Shown: piece after piece, positions 16,041 through 26,844 of the stretch
How the letters are laid out: each line of letters starts with the position of its first letter
Numbering within the stretch: position 1 is the first letter of the stretch
IMG/VR virus record: IMGVR_UViG_3300005613_000001
Coordinates: 124,001-188,000 of that record
DNA: 64,000 bases
Direction: 5' to 3' (one strand)
Program-made: the position numbers and the translations under genes
The notes under the pieces: model-generated
Database searches by the model: none
Told to the model about the DNA's origin: nothing
Seen by the model: only the letters and a program-made list of their open reading frames with translations

Positions 16041-16863
16041 ATCCCAAATAGCTTTCAAACGACCCATGCTGTAATCTATTCGCTTCACAAAAATGGAACC
16101 CCTCCTCTTTGCCGGTTACCTCATAATGAACCTTTTCTATCTGTTTAAATCCATGTGTCCAACATTTATATTTTTTGTCCCAATACACACGATTTACAGC
16201 ATGAACACATTTTCCTTCAGCAAACACCTGGACAATTTTTTCTTTTGGGATAACAATATGAGGGTGTTGCAAAATAGTGTAGGTAACCAACCCCTGTTCA
16301 TCACCGCCTCCATTTAAAACCTTAAAAGCACCTAGCTCTCTCCAATACTTACAAATCTCTTGTTGCATATCATATCCTGGGGGGTATCCCAAAATGCCAG
16401 AATTAAATTTTTCATCTGGGTTAAACAAAAAGAAATATCTACCATGATAAGATGTGTCTTCTTCTAAAACAAGTGTTTTATCGCTTGCTAAAAATTCATC
16501 TATTTCAGAAAATCTTTTCCGAACAATAACATCATTATCTAATATAATCTCATGTGTGTCCATTGCTAATCGAGGCGGACAAATTTTCCAAAATGAACCA
16601 CTTGCCTCTCGCGTCCGGCCAGAAGGGACCATAACTGAATCAAGGGGGAACTCTGACCTTTTTGATAATCTAATTTCAATACCATGAATGGCAGCTATTT
16701 CTTCAATAAACCGAACACAATGAGACTCTGTAGCATTACTGCAAATCAACCACCGGAAATTATCTTTTCCCAAACAATCAATTGCAGAAATAACAGATTC
16801 ACGTAATGCCAGCAAGCCCTGATGAATTGCATTGCCCATTGTCCAGCGAATTAGTGGTCGCAT
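16009..16863 (-). CDS. GT-A-fold glycosyltransferase-like (paralogue of 24029-24742)
   Basis: WKICPPRL...HEIILDND...NSGILG.PP...DEQG. Confidence 0.6.
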   Translation of the reverse strand: MRPLIRWTMGNAIHQGLLALRESVISAIDCLGKDNFRWLICSNATESHCVRFIEEIAAIHGIEIRLSKRSEFPLDSVMVPSGRTREASGSFWKICPPRLAMDTHEIILDNDVIVRKRFSEIDEFLASDKTLVLEEDTSYHGRYFFLFNPDEKFNSGILGYPPGYDMQQEICKYWRELGAFKVLNGGGDEQGLVTYTILQHPHIVIPKEKIVQVFAEGKCVHAVNRVYWDKKYKCWTHGFKQIEKVHYEVTGKEEGFHFCEANRLQHGSFESYLGFKQKAKRFLM

Positions 16864-17915
16864 TATCTGAATAGCTCCGGGGGAGTTTTTTTGATAGCTA
16901 AGTCTATTAACTCTAACTTGTGTGTAAAGGGCGCATGCTTATCTATATCTCGATAATTAGTTTTAGTAATCAAACTGCCCTTGTGAATGTATTGAGTTTT
17001 CTCCGTAATCTCATCAAACCCTTCTAAATTGCCTTGGAAATTATACCCACAACGATGACAAAAATGTTGCATTTGTTCTGCTATTTGCTTTGCTGTTTTT
17101 TCAAAAGGATTAGAATTTCCGACAGCCCACCCATATTTACCCTCATAAAACATCAAATCCATAGCAGCGGCAACATTGCACACATACGCTCGCCCCTTAT
17201 AAATAGCATTCTCACACTGCTGCCACTTGTAACACCTTTTCTTGGCCGCCGACCAACCCTGATTAGCTTGTTGCAAATCACAGGGGGCACATAAAGTTGG
17301 TATGAACATATCACGAACTTGAGAGTTCTTCAAATCAATACGATATGCCACATTCTTTTCATGGGTATGATAAAATCTAAATATTTCCCGGTATTTAGCA
17401 TATCCCGTTTTCGGCAGATTAGGATGATGATATACTTGTCTACTAATATTCTTCTGTGATACTTCTAAATCTACATCTTTTAATTCACGGACAAATGTAC
17501 GTCCGTTTGTATAAATCACAAAAGGAATATCAGGATTAGAATAAAGACAATCTAAAATAGCATCAAATTGAGGATGTAAAGTTGGCTCTCCGCCATATAT
17601 TAAAACTATTTTATTAGAGGCAGGAAAAGATTTATACTTCCAGTTTTTCCTATAATCCTTAAAAACCTCAATTGCTTTATTTAATTCATCTAATGATATA
17701 ACCCAATTTTTTTTCTTATTAAAATATCCACAAAATTGGTCACAACCTCCACATGACAAAGTGCAGAAATTGAGAACGTGAATAGCAAACATTTTATTAT
17801 TCAAATGCACAGTATCGCTATCTCTTTGTGCTTTATGTTTCATCATAATAAGACTTTCGGGGCAATTGATTTTCTGGCCCAAAGCAAATCGGACCACTGC
17901 TGGGGGGTCATCCAA
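16863..17915 (-). CDS. Radical SAM protein (true start probably downstream)
   Basis: CTLSCGGC; GGEPTLHP; TNG. Confidence 0.8.
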   Translation of the reverse strand: MDDPPAVVRFALGQKINCPESLIMMKHKAQRDSDTVHLNNKMFAIHVLNFCTLSCGGCDQFCGYFNKKKNWVISLDELNKAIEVFKDYRKNWKYKSFPASNKIVLIYGGEPTLHPQFDAILDCLYSNPDIPFVIYTNGRTFVRELKDVDLEVSQKNISRQVYHHPNLPKTGYAKYREIFRFYHTHEKNVAYRIDLKNSQVRDMFIPTLCAPCDLQQANQGWSAAKKRCYKWQQCENAIYKGRAYVCNVAAAMDLMFYEGKYGWAVGNSNPFEKTAKQIAEQMQHFCHRCGYNFQGNLEGFDEITEKTQYIHKGSLITKTNYRDIDKHAPFTHKLELIDLAIKKTPPELFR

Positions 17916-18808
17916 TATTTAGCTGTGGGTAAGAGCATTTCTATCTTTCGTTCCAAAAGTGCATTTCTTCGAAAATACTTAGACATAATAGAGGATCGCT
18001 CATGGGCTCCTGATAAAAGTAACATCAAGCAACAACCACTACGTAAATTCTCTAAATCACGATGAGTCATCTCAATTCTTGATAAATCATTATAGATTGT
18101 TGGATCATCATGTACTACCATTTCGATAGCTCTAAAATGCACTAGTTGCTTGCCATACTCATAATTTAAATCCCCCGTCATTGAAATCCAAGGGAACTGT
18201 TTGCAAAAACAAAAAAAACTAAATTCAAAAAGCGTGTCAAAAAATGGCTCAGTATCAATGTACTCTCGCACTGTGATAAGTTGCCTCTTTAGATTTACAG
18301 TATAGTGAGACGAGGCTTCCTTGAATAAACTAAAATTATGAGAACCGAATGTGATGTTTTCATCAAGTGCCTTTTTAATTACCGATTTAGGCACAAATAA
18401 TCCACCCTCCCACATTCGAGGGTACAATTTTTTGCGGTTAGAATTAAATATAGCAAGATATTCAGATTCCATATTCACCATCAGAGCTTGCTTTTTCAAA
18501 CATTTATGAATTTGACTTATAGGCTGTTCAGTAAATAAAATATCTTGCTCCATAAACAAAAACACATCAGTCTCATCGATAATGTCAGCTAATAACTCAT
18601 TGGTGTGATCCCAAAAGAAATAGAATTCATCAGGGTTCTTATTTACATTAATTACCTGAAGATCTTCTTCTGATTCTATTTTAAACTCTGAAAATGTTTG
18701 AACATAAATTTTATAGTCCAGACCTTCCAAAGCCCAGCGTAGATTCGCAAAATGCAAATTCGCCCCCTTATAATGTTGGGCAATCGTGGTGATTACTGAG
18801 ACTTTCAT
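17843..18808 (-). CDS. Putative GT-A-fold protein
   Basis: FLFMEQDILF DxD-like motif; context. Confidence 0.5.
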   Translation of the reverse strand: MKVSVITTIAQHYKGANLHFANLRWALEGLDYKIYVQTFSEFKIESEEDLQVINVNKNPDEFYFFWDHTNELLADIIDETDVFLFMEQDILFTEQPISQIHKCLKKQALMVNMESEYLAIFNSNRKKLYPRMWEGGLFVPKSVIKKALDENITFGSHNFSLFKEASSHYTVNLKRQLITVREYIDTEPFFDTLFEFSFFCFCKQFPWISMTGDLNYEYGKQLVHFRAIEMVVHDDPTIYNDLSRIEMTHRDLENLRSGCCLMLLLSGAHERSSIMSKYFRRNALLERKIEMLLPTAKYWMTPQQWSDLLWARKSIAPKVLL

Positions 18809-19713
18809 AACAATACCGTTTTAATACTTTTGTATATTGATGAATCTTTAATGGCTTGGATAAAATAATCAATAGAAAATTTAGTTTTATCCATTGACCT
18901 GAAATACTCTGCCCCCTCTTGAGCCTTGGTAACTAGAATTTCTGCTTCGTCTAAAGAATTAAAAAACAATGGATATTCCTTTCCCAAATATTCTTCTAGT
19001 GCGGGCATCCTTCTAACCACTAATGGCGTGTTTGTCATAATGCATTCTAAAACAACATTACAGGCGGCCACATCATAGAAATCTAAAAACACAATAGAAC
19101 TTACCAACAAAAAATCATATTCTGCATTTGACAAAGATGAAACAAATTCAACAGAATCACTTGCAGCATATTGAAGCATTTCTTTATAATCAGCCTGATT
19201 CCGAAGGACTTTCACCATTACTTTTTTAAATCTAGGGGGGAGCTTCAAATCAAGAAATGAGTGATATTTTCGCATGTGCTGCCCAATAAATATAACTCTA
19301 TTATCACACTTTTTATATTCTGCAAACTTAGGGCAAGGATGATAGATGGTTTCAACAGGCACTACAGTATGCTTCTGTAAAAAATCCCTGGTGTAATTAC
19401 AAAGCGTAAAAATGCCTTGACATTTAGAAAGAGCGCGATGAAATCGTGGTTGTTTCACTAGCTGTTCTAATGAATAAATTACTTCAGGTCTATATTTATG
19501 TGGATATTCTTTTGGATAAGAAATCACATTATGAATAAAGCCCGTCCAAGGATAGATGATTTCATGTTCCCTAATTAATCCATCTACCCAAGAGTAAAAA
19601 TCTAAGCCATAACCTGTGTGTAGATGTTCTACTATTCCTTTGGAAACATAAATCCATCCATTGCGATGCCCTTTGCATAAATCAGCATGGGGGATGAATT
19701 TTATTTTCTTCAT
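18805..19713 (-). CDS. GT-B glycosyltransferase-like
   Basis: FIGQHMRK...VVLECIMTNTPLVV...EYLG..YPL. Confidence 0.6.
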   Translation of the reverse strand: MKKIKFIPHADLCKGHRNGWIYVSKGIVEHLHTGYGLDFYSWVDGLIREHEIIYPWTGFIHNVISYPKEYPHKYRPEVIYSLEQLVKQPRFHRALSKCQGIFTLCNYTRDFLQKHTVVPVETIYHPCPKFAEYKKCDNRVIFIGQHMRKYHSFLDLKLPPRFKKVMVKVLRNQADYKEMLQYAASDSVEFVSSLSNAEYDFLLVSSIVFLDFYDVAACNVVLECIMTNTPLVVRRMPALEEYLGKEYPLFFNSLDEAEILVTKAQEGAEYFRSMDKTKFSIDYFIQAIKDSSIYKSIKTVLL

Positions 19714-20858
19714 TTCTTTGGGATGTCTTCTTTTTTCTTATAAAAGACATGAGGCTTATAAGGCTGATTCTGGTCATTGCCGATTCGATATTTATAAACA
19801 TCATGATCCGTTGCAAGACGGGATCGCACTCCATGTTGTGGATTTTTCTGGTTCTTCCATTTTTCTTGACTATATTCCACTACTACCTCATCTAAATTAA
19901 CAACATCTAAGTCATCTGAGGGGATATAAGCCTCCGCATTTCTAAGAGGACATGGCAATTGTTCCCGAGGCACATATTCTACAACCTGGGGGCAAATCTC
20001 ACAAAAAGGCACTTCTTCTTGTTCCCAGAAAAAATCGTGTTTTTCTTGATAAGAGGCATCCAGGGACAGAGGCTTATACGCCTCCATATATTTATCATAT
20101 TCAGGACTTACCACTTCAGGATGAGTTTTTTTAAGAGTATAAATATAAGCAATGCTTGGACATTTCCAAATCATATTTTCATATATTTGGTATGACTTGA
20201 TATCACATGCTGTCCAACTCTTCTTTGCATCTCCCTCTGCATGTGGATGGATTATGCCGTCTTCATCAACTTTATGAATGATTTCCCACCCTTCTGCATA
20301 AAGTTCAGCCCAATCAACCTTCACCCCTTTCTTCTGCCATTTCCTTGCCAACTTTAATGGTTCACTATATGCTGCTAAATACTCTTTAGATTGGGAATGA
20401 ATCGTAATTTTCAAAACCACATCATTATCATATAGAACTTTATCTAAATTTGGATGTTTATGCAGTTGAAAGCCAGTACAAGTTAATCGAATATGCGCAT
20501 TCGGCCAATATCTTCGCGTCATCTTAAGCACATCTTTTAGATCACGATGCAAGGTGGGTTCTCCTCCTAAAATATTAATAAATGGAGCAAAGAAAGCATA
20601 CCGAGGTTTCTCTGCCCACTTTTTAAATGCAGGGGTATCTTTCATAGTGTCCACATTCCAATCCCGATCAGGCAAAGGAACTGGCTCTATCCATTTACTC
20701 CAAGAACTGCACCATTCCTCCATTTGTTCCATTGTTAAAAATCTCGTTTGCCTCCAATTATTGTAATGCAGGCATCCCACACATGAAAGATTACAGGCAT
20801 GGGTTACACAAAGTTCCAGGGGCCTACAAACTTGTACTTTAGGATATGAACTTAACAT
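19710..20858 (-). CDS. Radical SAM protein
   Basis: CNLSCVGC; GGEPTLH; C-terminal Cys cluster. Confidence 0.82.
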   Translation of the reverse strand: MLSSYPKVQVCRPLELCVTHACNLSCVGCLHYNNWRQTRFLTMEQMEEWCSSWSKWIEPVPLPDRDWNVDTMKDTPAFKKWAEKPRYAFFAPFINILGGEPTLHRDLKDVLKMTRRYWPNAHIRLTCTGFQLHKHPNLDKVLYDNDVVLKITIHSQSKEYLAAYSEPLKLARKWQKKGVKVDWAELYAEGWEIIHKVDEDGIIHPHAEGDAKKSWTACDIKSYQIYENMIWKCPSIAYIYTLKKTHPEVVSPEYDKYMEAYKPLSLDASYQEKHDFFWEQEEVPFCEICPQVVEYVPREQLPCPLRNAEAYIPSDDLDVVNLDEVVVEYSQEKWKNQKNPQHGVRSRLATDHDVYKYRIGNDQNQPYKPHVFYKKKEDIPKK

Positions 20859-20867
20859 ATTATTTCC

Positions 20868-21698
20868 TCATTGGGGAGAACCCCTTTTAATATAATTGGT
20901 TTTTGCAGGGCACATCCCACATATAAACTCTTCTTCACGTTGGAAAAATTCCACTTTATCTTTAAAAGAACTATCCAAACTTAGTGGCTCCCACTGTAAA
21001 TACGGCAACCACTCATCCCCCATTTTATACTTCGCATATTGCATACTTAAATAAGCTATTTGTGGACATTTCCAAATTTTACCATCCACTATTTGATAAC
21101 ACCGACAAGGACACGCTTCCCAAGAAGACCGAGGGCTTTTATCATCAAAAGGCAGCATATCACTACCTGTGCCCTTATAATTCTTCCGCCAACCCTCCGT
21201 CTGAAGCTCGGCCCACAATACTTCTAGCCCTCTTTTTTGCCATGTTTTAACCGTCTCTAAATTTTTACCTACTTGCCGGAGATATTTTGAATCATCACTA
21301 TGAACTGCTACCTTTAATTTAATGTCATATTCAAATAATACGCACTCCAAATCAAGGTGTTTATGTAAAAAAAATGCATTTGTTGTAAATAAGAAATCTC
21401 CAGGGAAGTACATACGGCACTTTTTAAGAATTTCACACAAATCATTATGCAAAGTGGGTTCCCCACCTAACACACTAAAAAAATCAGGGTTGACAATTTT
21501 ACTCCAAGGACTCAACCATTTATCCACTTGTTGTAGTGAAATAGACCAATTGTGCTTCTGGTCGGAGAAATGCGAACAGCCATCGCAGGCTAAGTTGCAA
21601 TTGTAAATAATGGCAAGCTCAAGTGGGCGAGGCACATCAATCTTAATATTCATCATACTCGTATATATATTAGGATGATTTTTGGAATTGGACTTCAA
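20868..21698 (-). CDS. Radical SAM protein
   Basis: CNLACDGC; GGEPTLH; TTN. Confidence 0.82.
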   Translation of the reverse strand: MKSNSKNHPNIYTSMMNIKIDVPRPLELAIIYNCNLACDGCSHFSDQKHNWSISLQQVDKWLSPWSKIVNPDFFSVLGGEPTLHNDLCEILKKCRMYFPGDFLFTTNAFFLHKHLDLECVLFEYDIKLKVAVHSDDSKYLRQVGKNLETVKTWQKRGLEVLWAELQTEGWRKNYKGTGSDMLPFDDKSPRSSWEACPCRCYQIVDGKIWKCPQIAYLSMQYAKYKMGDEWLPYLQWEPLSLDSSFKDKVEFFQREEEFICGMCPAKTNYIKRGSPQ

Positions 21699-22292
21699 AA
21701 GACCGGACTCACCAGCTTGAGATTCGCACTCAAAAAACTAGGATTCCGCACCCGCCAGTTTCCTAGAGATTTAGAAATGTTTCAATTGCTAATTTCAGGG
21801 AATTATCAAATTCCACTATTTAACCGTTATGATGCCGTCATGGACTTGCCCATTCCCGTTTTCTATCCCCAATTTGATAAAGAATACCCAAATAGCAAAT
21901 TTATTCTAACAATAAGAAAAAGAAATGAATGGTTAGATTCTATCAAAAGAAACTTCCAATGGCAAAATAATCAATTTCCAAACTTTAGAAATCAAAGCAA
22001 ATCATATAAAATAGAATATGCAAATTATGTTGATTTATGCACTTATGGATGTGTTTATTTCAACGAAAAAAGATTTAATTACGTTTATGAAACCCATTTT
22101 AAAAATACCCTAAGATATTTCCGTGACAGGCCAAACGACCTGTTAGTGATGGATGTTTGCGGGGGTGATGGATGGGATATATTATGCCCATTCCTTGACA
22201 AACAAAAACCCAAAGAAGACTTCCCACATGAAAATAAATGGAAAGATAGATTAAAATTAGCAAAAAACGATAAAAGGAAATATCATTTATGA
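21675..22292 (+). CDS. Sulfotransferase family (Sulfotransfer_4-like)
   Basis: IFGIGLQKTGLTSL...SKFILTIR...W..S...DGWDILCPFL. Confidence 0.82.
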   Translation: MIFGIGLQKTGLTSLRFALKKLGFRTRQFPRDLEMFQLLISGNYQIPLFNRYDAVMDLPIPVFYPQFDKEYPNSKFILTIRKRNEWLDSIKRNFQWQNNQFPNFRNQSKSYKIEYANYVDLCTYGCVYFNEKRFNYVYETHFKNTLRYFRDRPNDLLVMDVCGGDGWDILCPFLDKQKPKEDFPHENKWKDRLKLAKNDKRKYHL

Positions 22293-23032
22293 ATCAAAAA
22301 AGTCACAAATGGAAAAGTAAATGGTCTATTAATAAATATCCACCAACACAAACCGACCTTCCACTCTATCATTATGGCACACATAAAGAACCTGATTCGT
22401 CAATGTGGTGCGCCTCTCTATCTGACCCAATTGGCAATAAATTCAAAGAAGGAATGAAATTGTTAGATTATGGGTGTGGCTGTGGAAGATACTTTAATTT
22501 CCTGACCACTAAACTCAAGAACTTCACCTATTATGGACTCGAACCCAAAGGCTCTAAACTCCCCACCATAGAACAATGTCTTAAATACTTCGGAAATGAC
22601 CAACGCGCTGAATTTGGATATATCGGAAGTGACACAGAATGCAAAGCAATAGAAAAGGCTGAAGTAGTAATTGCCGGAAGCGTCTTTACGCACCTACTTT
22701 GGCCTCGCTTTGAAGAAATATCTGATTCCCTACTGCCTATAATAAAAAGAGGCGGAACATTTAGTTTTTCTGTGTACATAGCCCCAAAATATATGATACA
22801 AGAAACAGATTTGCTAGATAAAAGAAAAAACCCTCCAAGAACCGCATATGGTCTAGATTGCTATTTCAGAGTATTTTATACTAATGAGTTAATAAAAAAT
22901 TATGCTCAAACAAGAAATGTAGAAATAAAATTAAAAGAAGCACACCCTAGAGACTCAGAAGGACAACAATATGAACCAACTCACCGCCATGAAATATTCC
23001 TAATGAATAAGGTAGCAAAAATTCATGATTAA
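22289..23032 (+). CDS. Class I SAM-dependent methyltransferase
   Basis: LLDYGCGCGR; SVFTHL. Confidence 0.82.
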   Translation: MNQKSHKWKSKWSINKYPPTQTDLPLYHYGTHKEPDSSMWCASLSDPIGNKFKEGMKLLDYGCGCGRYFNFLTTKLKNFTYYGLEPKGSKLPTIEQCLKYFGNDQRAEFGYIGSDTECKAIEKAEVVIAGSVFTHLLWPRFEEISDSLLPIIKRGGTFSFSVYIAPKYMIQETDLLDKRKNPPRTAYGLDCYFRVFYTNELIKNYAQTRNVEIKLKEAHPRDSEGQQYEPTHRHEIFLMNKVAKIHD

Positions 23033-24032
23033 AGCCATCCATCTCGCTGACTACTTGTATTCATATGGAGGAGGGGAACACCTCTTAAGAGATTTAATCA
23101 ATACATCTAAAGAAATGGAATTTACCTGCATCAACTTAAAGAAATCCAAAACTGGATATAAAATGCCCGTGCCAGTTTTGGATATATCAGAGATTAACCC
23201 CACTACAATTGAAGCCGATGTTATGTTCTTCTGGGGATATGTAGGGAAAAGTCCGCGACTCTTCAAACGTATTCCAATCAAAATAAAAATAGGCGTAAGC
23301 GACTTTCAAACAAACTGGATAACTGCTGGAAATGATTTAGCTACCCACGCTATCGCAATCTCTGAAAGTACAAAAAAGGCTATGAAATTTCCAGGGGAAT
23401 GTAGAGTCATTCACGCAGGGGTAGATTTTTCAAAACACAAAATTATTGTACATCGAAATAAAATTCGTGAAGCATTAGGATTCAACCCTAGCGACTTTTT
23501 AGTAGGGCAATTCTGCCGGATGGAAAAATTTAAAAACTTCGAGGCAACCATAGAATCCATTGCCCCAATGCAAAATAACGTGAAGCTATTAATAATTGGC
23601 ACCGGGCCTAACCTGTGTAATGTGCTAGAATTGTGTGAAAAAAAACTACACGGGCGATATCGATATATAAATTATGTAGACATTCAACAGTTGGGCACAT
23701 ACTTCAACTGTCTTGATGCCTTCTGTCTTCCTTCGCGGGGAGAAGGTTTTGCAAGAGTTCAATGGGAATCAATGTTTTTTGGTATTCCCTTTATAGGAAC
23801 GCCCGTAGGGGCTGTGCCTGATATTATAAAACATAAAATCAATGGCTTTATCGTGAAAGACAATGAAGATATTCGCAATGCTATTACAAGCCTGATGAAT
23901 AAAACTTACTGGGAAACCATTTCAAGCAATGCTAAACTTTGTGCAAACACTAAGGGTCCAATGCAAATTGCCTCCTCTAAAATTGTTCAATTCATTAAGG
24001 AGATACAAAAAAGGAAAACAATTTTATTATGA
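23025..24032 (+). CDS. Glycosyltransferase family 4
   Basis: PSRGEGFARVQWESM..G.P.IGTPVGAVPDII...NGF. Confidence 0.85.
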   Translation: MIKAIHLADYLYSYGGGEHLLRDLINTSKEMEFTCINLKKSKTGYKMPVPVLDISEINPTTIEADVMFFWGYVGKSPRLFKRIPIKIKIGVSDFQTNWITAGNDLATHAIAISESTKKAMKFPGECRVIHAGVDFSKHKIIVHRNKIREALGFNPSDFLVGQFCRMEKFKNFEATIESIAPMQNNVKLLIIGTGPNLCNVLELCEKKLHGRYRYINYVDIQQLGTYFNCLDAFCLPSRGEGFARVQWESMFFGIPFIGTPVGAVPDIIKHKINGFIVKDNEDIRNAITSLMNKTYWETISSNAKLCANTKGPMQIASSKIVQFIKEIQKRKTILL

Positions 24033-24742
24033 AACCTCTAATACGATTTACATTAGGCCCAGTTAAATCATGGGGATTGCGAATTCTAAGAAAAAGCCTA
24101 AACAACTTAAAAGAACTCTATAAAGAGTGTGATTTTATCGTCTGTTATAATCAGATTGACCGTAATAAATTATCATTTCTAGAGGGTGTAGAATTATACG
24201 ACCAGAATGATTTTAAAAAAAGCGACAATAAACCAAAATTAGAAGCGTGGAAATTATACCCACCTAGATTACGACTAAACGCACATGAATTGGTAATAGA
24301 TAACGACCTTTTAATTCAAGGGCGGGTGCCAGAAATTGACAGATTTTTAAAAGAACATAACACATTATTATTACAAGGCACAGGAATAAAGCGATATTAT
24401 GGAAAATATGATCCACTAATCCCAGAAGGATATGTAATCAACAGTGGCATATATGGAATGCCACCCGATTTTGACTTTGCTTCATTAGTTAAACAATTTC
24501 AATTTGGAGAATGGATGCAAGATAGAGAAAACGGACTCTTTGATGACCAAGGTATAATTGCCGCCTCTTTATTAAATAAAGATACAATAATTATACCAAA
24601 AACATCTATCTTTAATTGCCCTAAAATAACAAAAACTACTATTCCTATAGTCAAAGGTTATCATTTTATTGGCGCAAACAGAGGGGAACATTGGGCTTGG
24701 AATGAATATTGTATAAGCGGATTTAGAAAAATCTACTTATAA
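24029..24742 (+). CDS. GT-A-fold glycosyltransferase-like
   Basis: WKLYPPRL...HELVIDND...NSGIYGMPP...DDQG. Confidence 0.6.
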   Translation: MKPLIRFTLGPVKSWGLRILRKSLNNLKELYKECDFIVCYNQIDRNKLSFLEGVELYDQNDFKKSDNKPKLEAWKLYPPRLRLNAHELVIDNDLLIQGRVPEIDRFLKEHNTLLLQGTGIKRYYGKYDPLIPEGYVINSGIYGMPPDFDFASLVKQFQFGEWMQDRENGLFDDQGIIAASLLNKDTIIIPKTSIFNCPKITKTTIPIVKGYHFIGANRGEHWAWNEYCISGFRKIYL

Positions 24743-25642
24743 TTTAAATCTTTCAAGCACTTCTTTAATTTCCCTCAAAGCTTGTGTAGCCGCATCTGGA
24801 TTAACTACACACTTATCCAAACTGCCATAGTGGTGTTCAAGACACTGCAAAAGGAGTGCTTTAATTTTACCCTCGTCTGGACTATGGGGCACCGGACTTG
24901 GCTCTCTGTTGTAAAGTTCTTCTAAGTGTTTCTCTTTAACATTAAACCAATTGCGGATTTCCTCCTCGGGAACTTCGCCACGACGAACGGCTTTCATGTG
25001 TTCTCTAGCACGGCGCAAATCTAAATCACCATCACTTAGAATTTGCTCACATTCATCTAAGAGGCGGACTACGTGATATGCAAATTTAACATCATATCCA
25101 AATTTCTCCCGAAGCTCTTTACGTTTGCCCTCGGGGTTCTTGCTTCTCATTTTATGAAGCTGGCTGTACGCATATCCCTTAAACTTCTGCCAGCACCCTT
25201 TGTGTAAGAACATACGGCGATTTTCTCGCACCATATTACCCACTTGAGTAATGTGCAAAACACATTCTTGTGGAGTAAAGAGCGAATCAACCATATTGGG
25301 GTTGTTTTCCATGCATAATTGGAAAAACTTCACAATATTATAAATTGACAGATCATAATTGCGACCTTTACCAGCAAGATCATCTTCCACCATGATATGA
25401 TGTTGTTGATATTGATGGAATCGCTTTTTTTGCCTCCCAAATTCCATAATCTCCCCTGCTAAGTGAGGGAAAACTACTTCCTTAGGTGGTATTGCAAAAC
25501 CATACACATCCATATCAGACGTATCGCTAGATACACCATAGGCTACCGACCCCATAATTGTTTCATAGTGAACATTCGTAGGGAGAAATGAAGGGGGCGC
25601 AATTAATCCCCGGTCTGTAAGCTTTTGTACTACGCTAGGCAT
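24737..25642 (-). CDS. Pol-beta-superfamily nucleotidyltransferase (RlaP/YcgL-like)
   Basis: GSVAYG...SDMDVYG; NNPN..DSLF; FKGYA..QL; YDVKFAYH..RL. Confidence 0.8.
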   Translation of the reverse strand: MPSVVQKLTDRGLIAPPSFLPTNVHYETIMGSVAYGVSSDTSDMDVYGFAIPPKEVVFPHLAGEIMEFGRQKKRFHQYQQHHIMVEDDLAGKGRNYDLSIYNIVKFFQLCMENNPNMVDSLFTPQECVLHITQVGNMVRENRRMFLHKGCWQKFKGYAYSQLHKMRSKNPEGKRKELREKFGYDVKFAYHVVRLLDECEQILSDGDLDLRRAREHMKAVRRGEVPEEEIRNWFNVKEKHLEELYNREPSPVPHSPDEGKIKALLLQCLEHHYGSLDKCVVNPDAATQALREIKEVLERFKL

Positions 25643-25658
25643 TTTAACTTCCTTTGTT

Positions 25659-26468
25659 CTAATGAATTTTAGACAATCTAAGTTGCCTTTTTATCTCGCC
25701 TGGACAATCTGTTATTATTCCATCTACACCTAAAGAAACAACCTTTTCAAGATCATCCGTTGAATTAACTGTCCACGCATATAATTTCATATCATATTGG
25801 CGAACCTCTTCAACAAGTGATACATTTAACCTCTCTACCTTACAAGAGATACCCAAAGCTCCCACTTCCTTACATTGGCGAATCATAAGGGATCTTTTAA
25901 GAACTTTAATTTCCTTTGGGTCGTCAGTTCTAAAAACAACAGGCTCATCTTCTTCCTCGTAATGATTCAATAGACCCCTCACCCAAATAACATCAATACC
26001 TAATCTCTTTCTTACCTCTCTTACAATGGGCAACTGAAATGACGTAATTATTATTTGATCTTCTGATATCTTTGATCTAGCTATATCTTTCTTTAATTGT
26101 TCTATTATATCATCTTCACATTTTATTTCAATAAATATTCGCCTACCTTTTGGTATCATATCCAAAGTTTCAAGAAGGGTTGGAATTTTCTCCCCAGCCC
26201 ACGAAGGGATTGGCTCTTTCCAAGCTCCTACATCAGCTTTTTTTAATTCATCTAAAGTCTTTTTTGCCACCTTCCACTCCCTGCCACTACCTGTTCTCCA
26301 CAACGTCGCATCATGAATCACAACAAGGTGACCATCCTTACTTTGGCGTATATCTATTTCTAGCGCATCGGCATCTTCATCCCACGCCTTTTTAAACGCT
26401 GCTATGGTGTTTTCAGGAGCTTCCAGAGATGACCCTCGGTGGGCTATGACTTCTATTTCTTCATTCAT
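25659..26468 (-). CDS. Glycerophosphodiester phosphodiesterase
   Basis: IAHRG...PENT..AF...EIDIRQSKDG.LVVIHD...WTVN...GVDGIITD. Confidence 0.9.
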   Translation of the reverse strand: MNEEIEVIAHRGSSLEAPENTIAAFKKAWDEDADALEIDIRQSKDGHLVVIHDATLWRTGSGREWKVAKKTLDELKKADVGAWKEPIPSWAGEKIPTLLETLDMIPKGRRIFIEIKCEDDIIEQLKKDIARSKISEDQIIITSFQLPIVREVRKRLGIDVIWVRGLLNHYEEEDEPVVFRTDDPKEIKVLKRSLMIRQCKEVGALGISCKVERLNVSLVEEVRQYDMKLYAWTVNSTDDLEKVVSLGVDGIITDCPGEIKRQLRLSKIH

Positions 26469-26558
26469 CTAATAATATATTAGTTTCTACAAGAGGGTTT
26501 TAAATAGGGTAATAAGAATATATACCATATAAGGAACATAAGCTTTCAGGAGGAAATT

Positions 26559-26843
26559 ATGAAATCTTCAGCTTCATTACTTTGGCTAATTGGTGGCCTT
26601 TTTGTTGCTTTCTTATTTATAAACACCATTGGCGGCTGTAGGGCTTATATGTCACCTTGGCGTTTTTTCCAGCCAAGAGTTCAAGTGCATCACACAACAC
26701 CATCAGTAGGTGTTCATTTCAGCCCCAGCCACAGATCATGGTGGAATCCATTCCGCCATTCAGATCATAGAAGGCATGATTATTACAATCGCGGGCATGG
26801 TCATAATCGTCATGGTCACGGCCATCACGGACATCGGAGGTAA
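26559..26843 (+). CDS. Secreted/lipoprotein-like His-rich protein
   Basis: Signal-like helix, GGC, His/Gly tail. Confidence 0.6.
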   Translation: MKSSASLLWLIGGLFVAFLFINTIGGCRAYMSPWRFFQPRVQVHHTTPSVGVHFSPSHRSWWNPFRHSDHRRHDYYNRGHGHNRHGHGHHGHRR

Positions 26844-26844
26844 T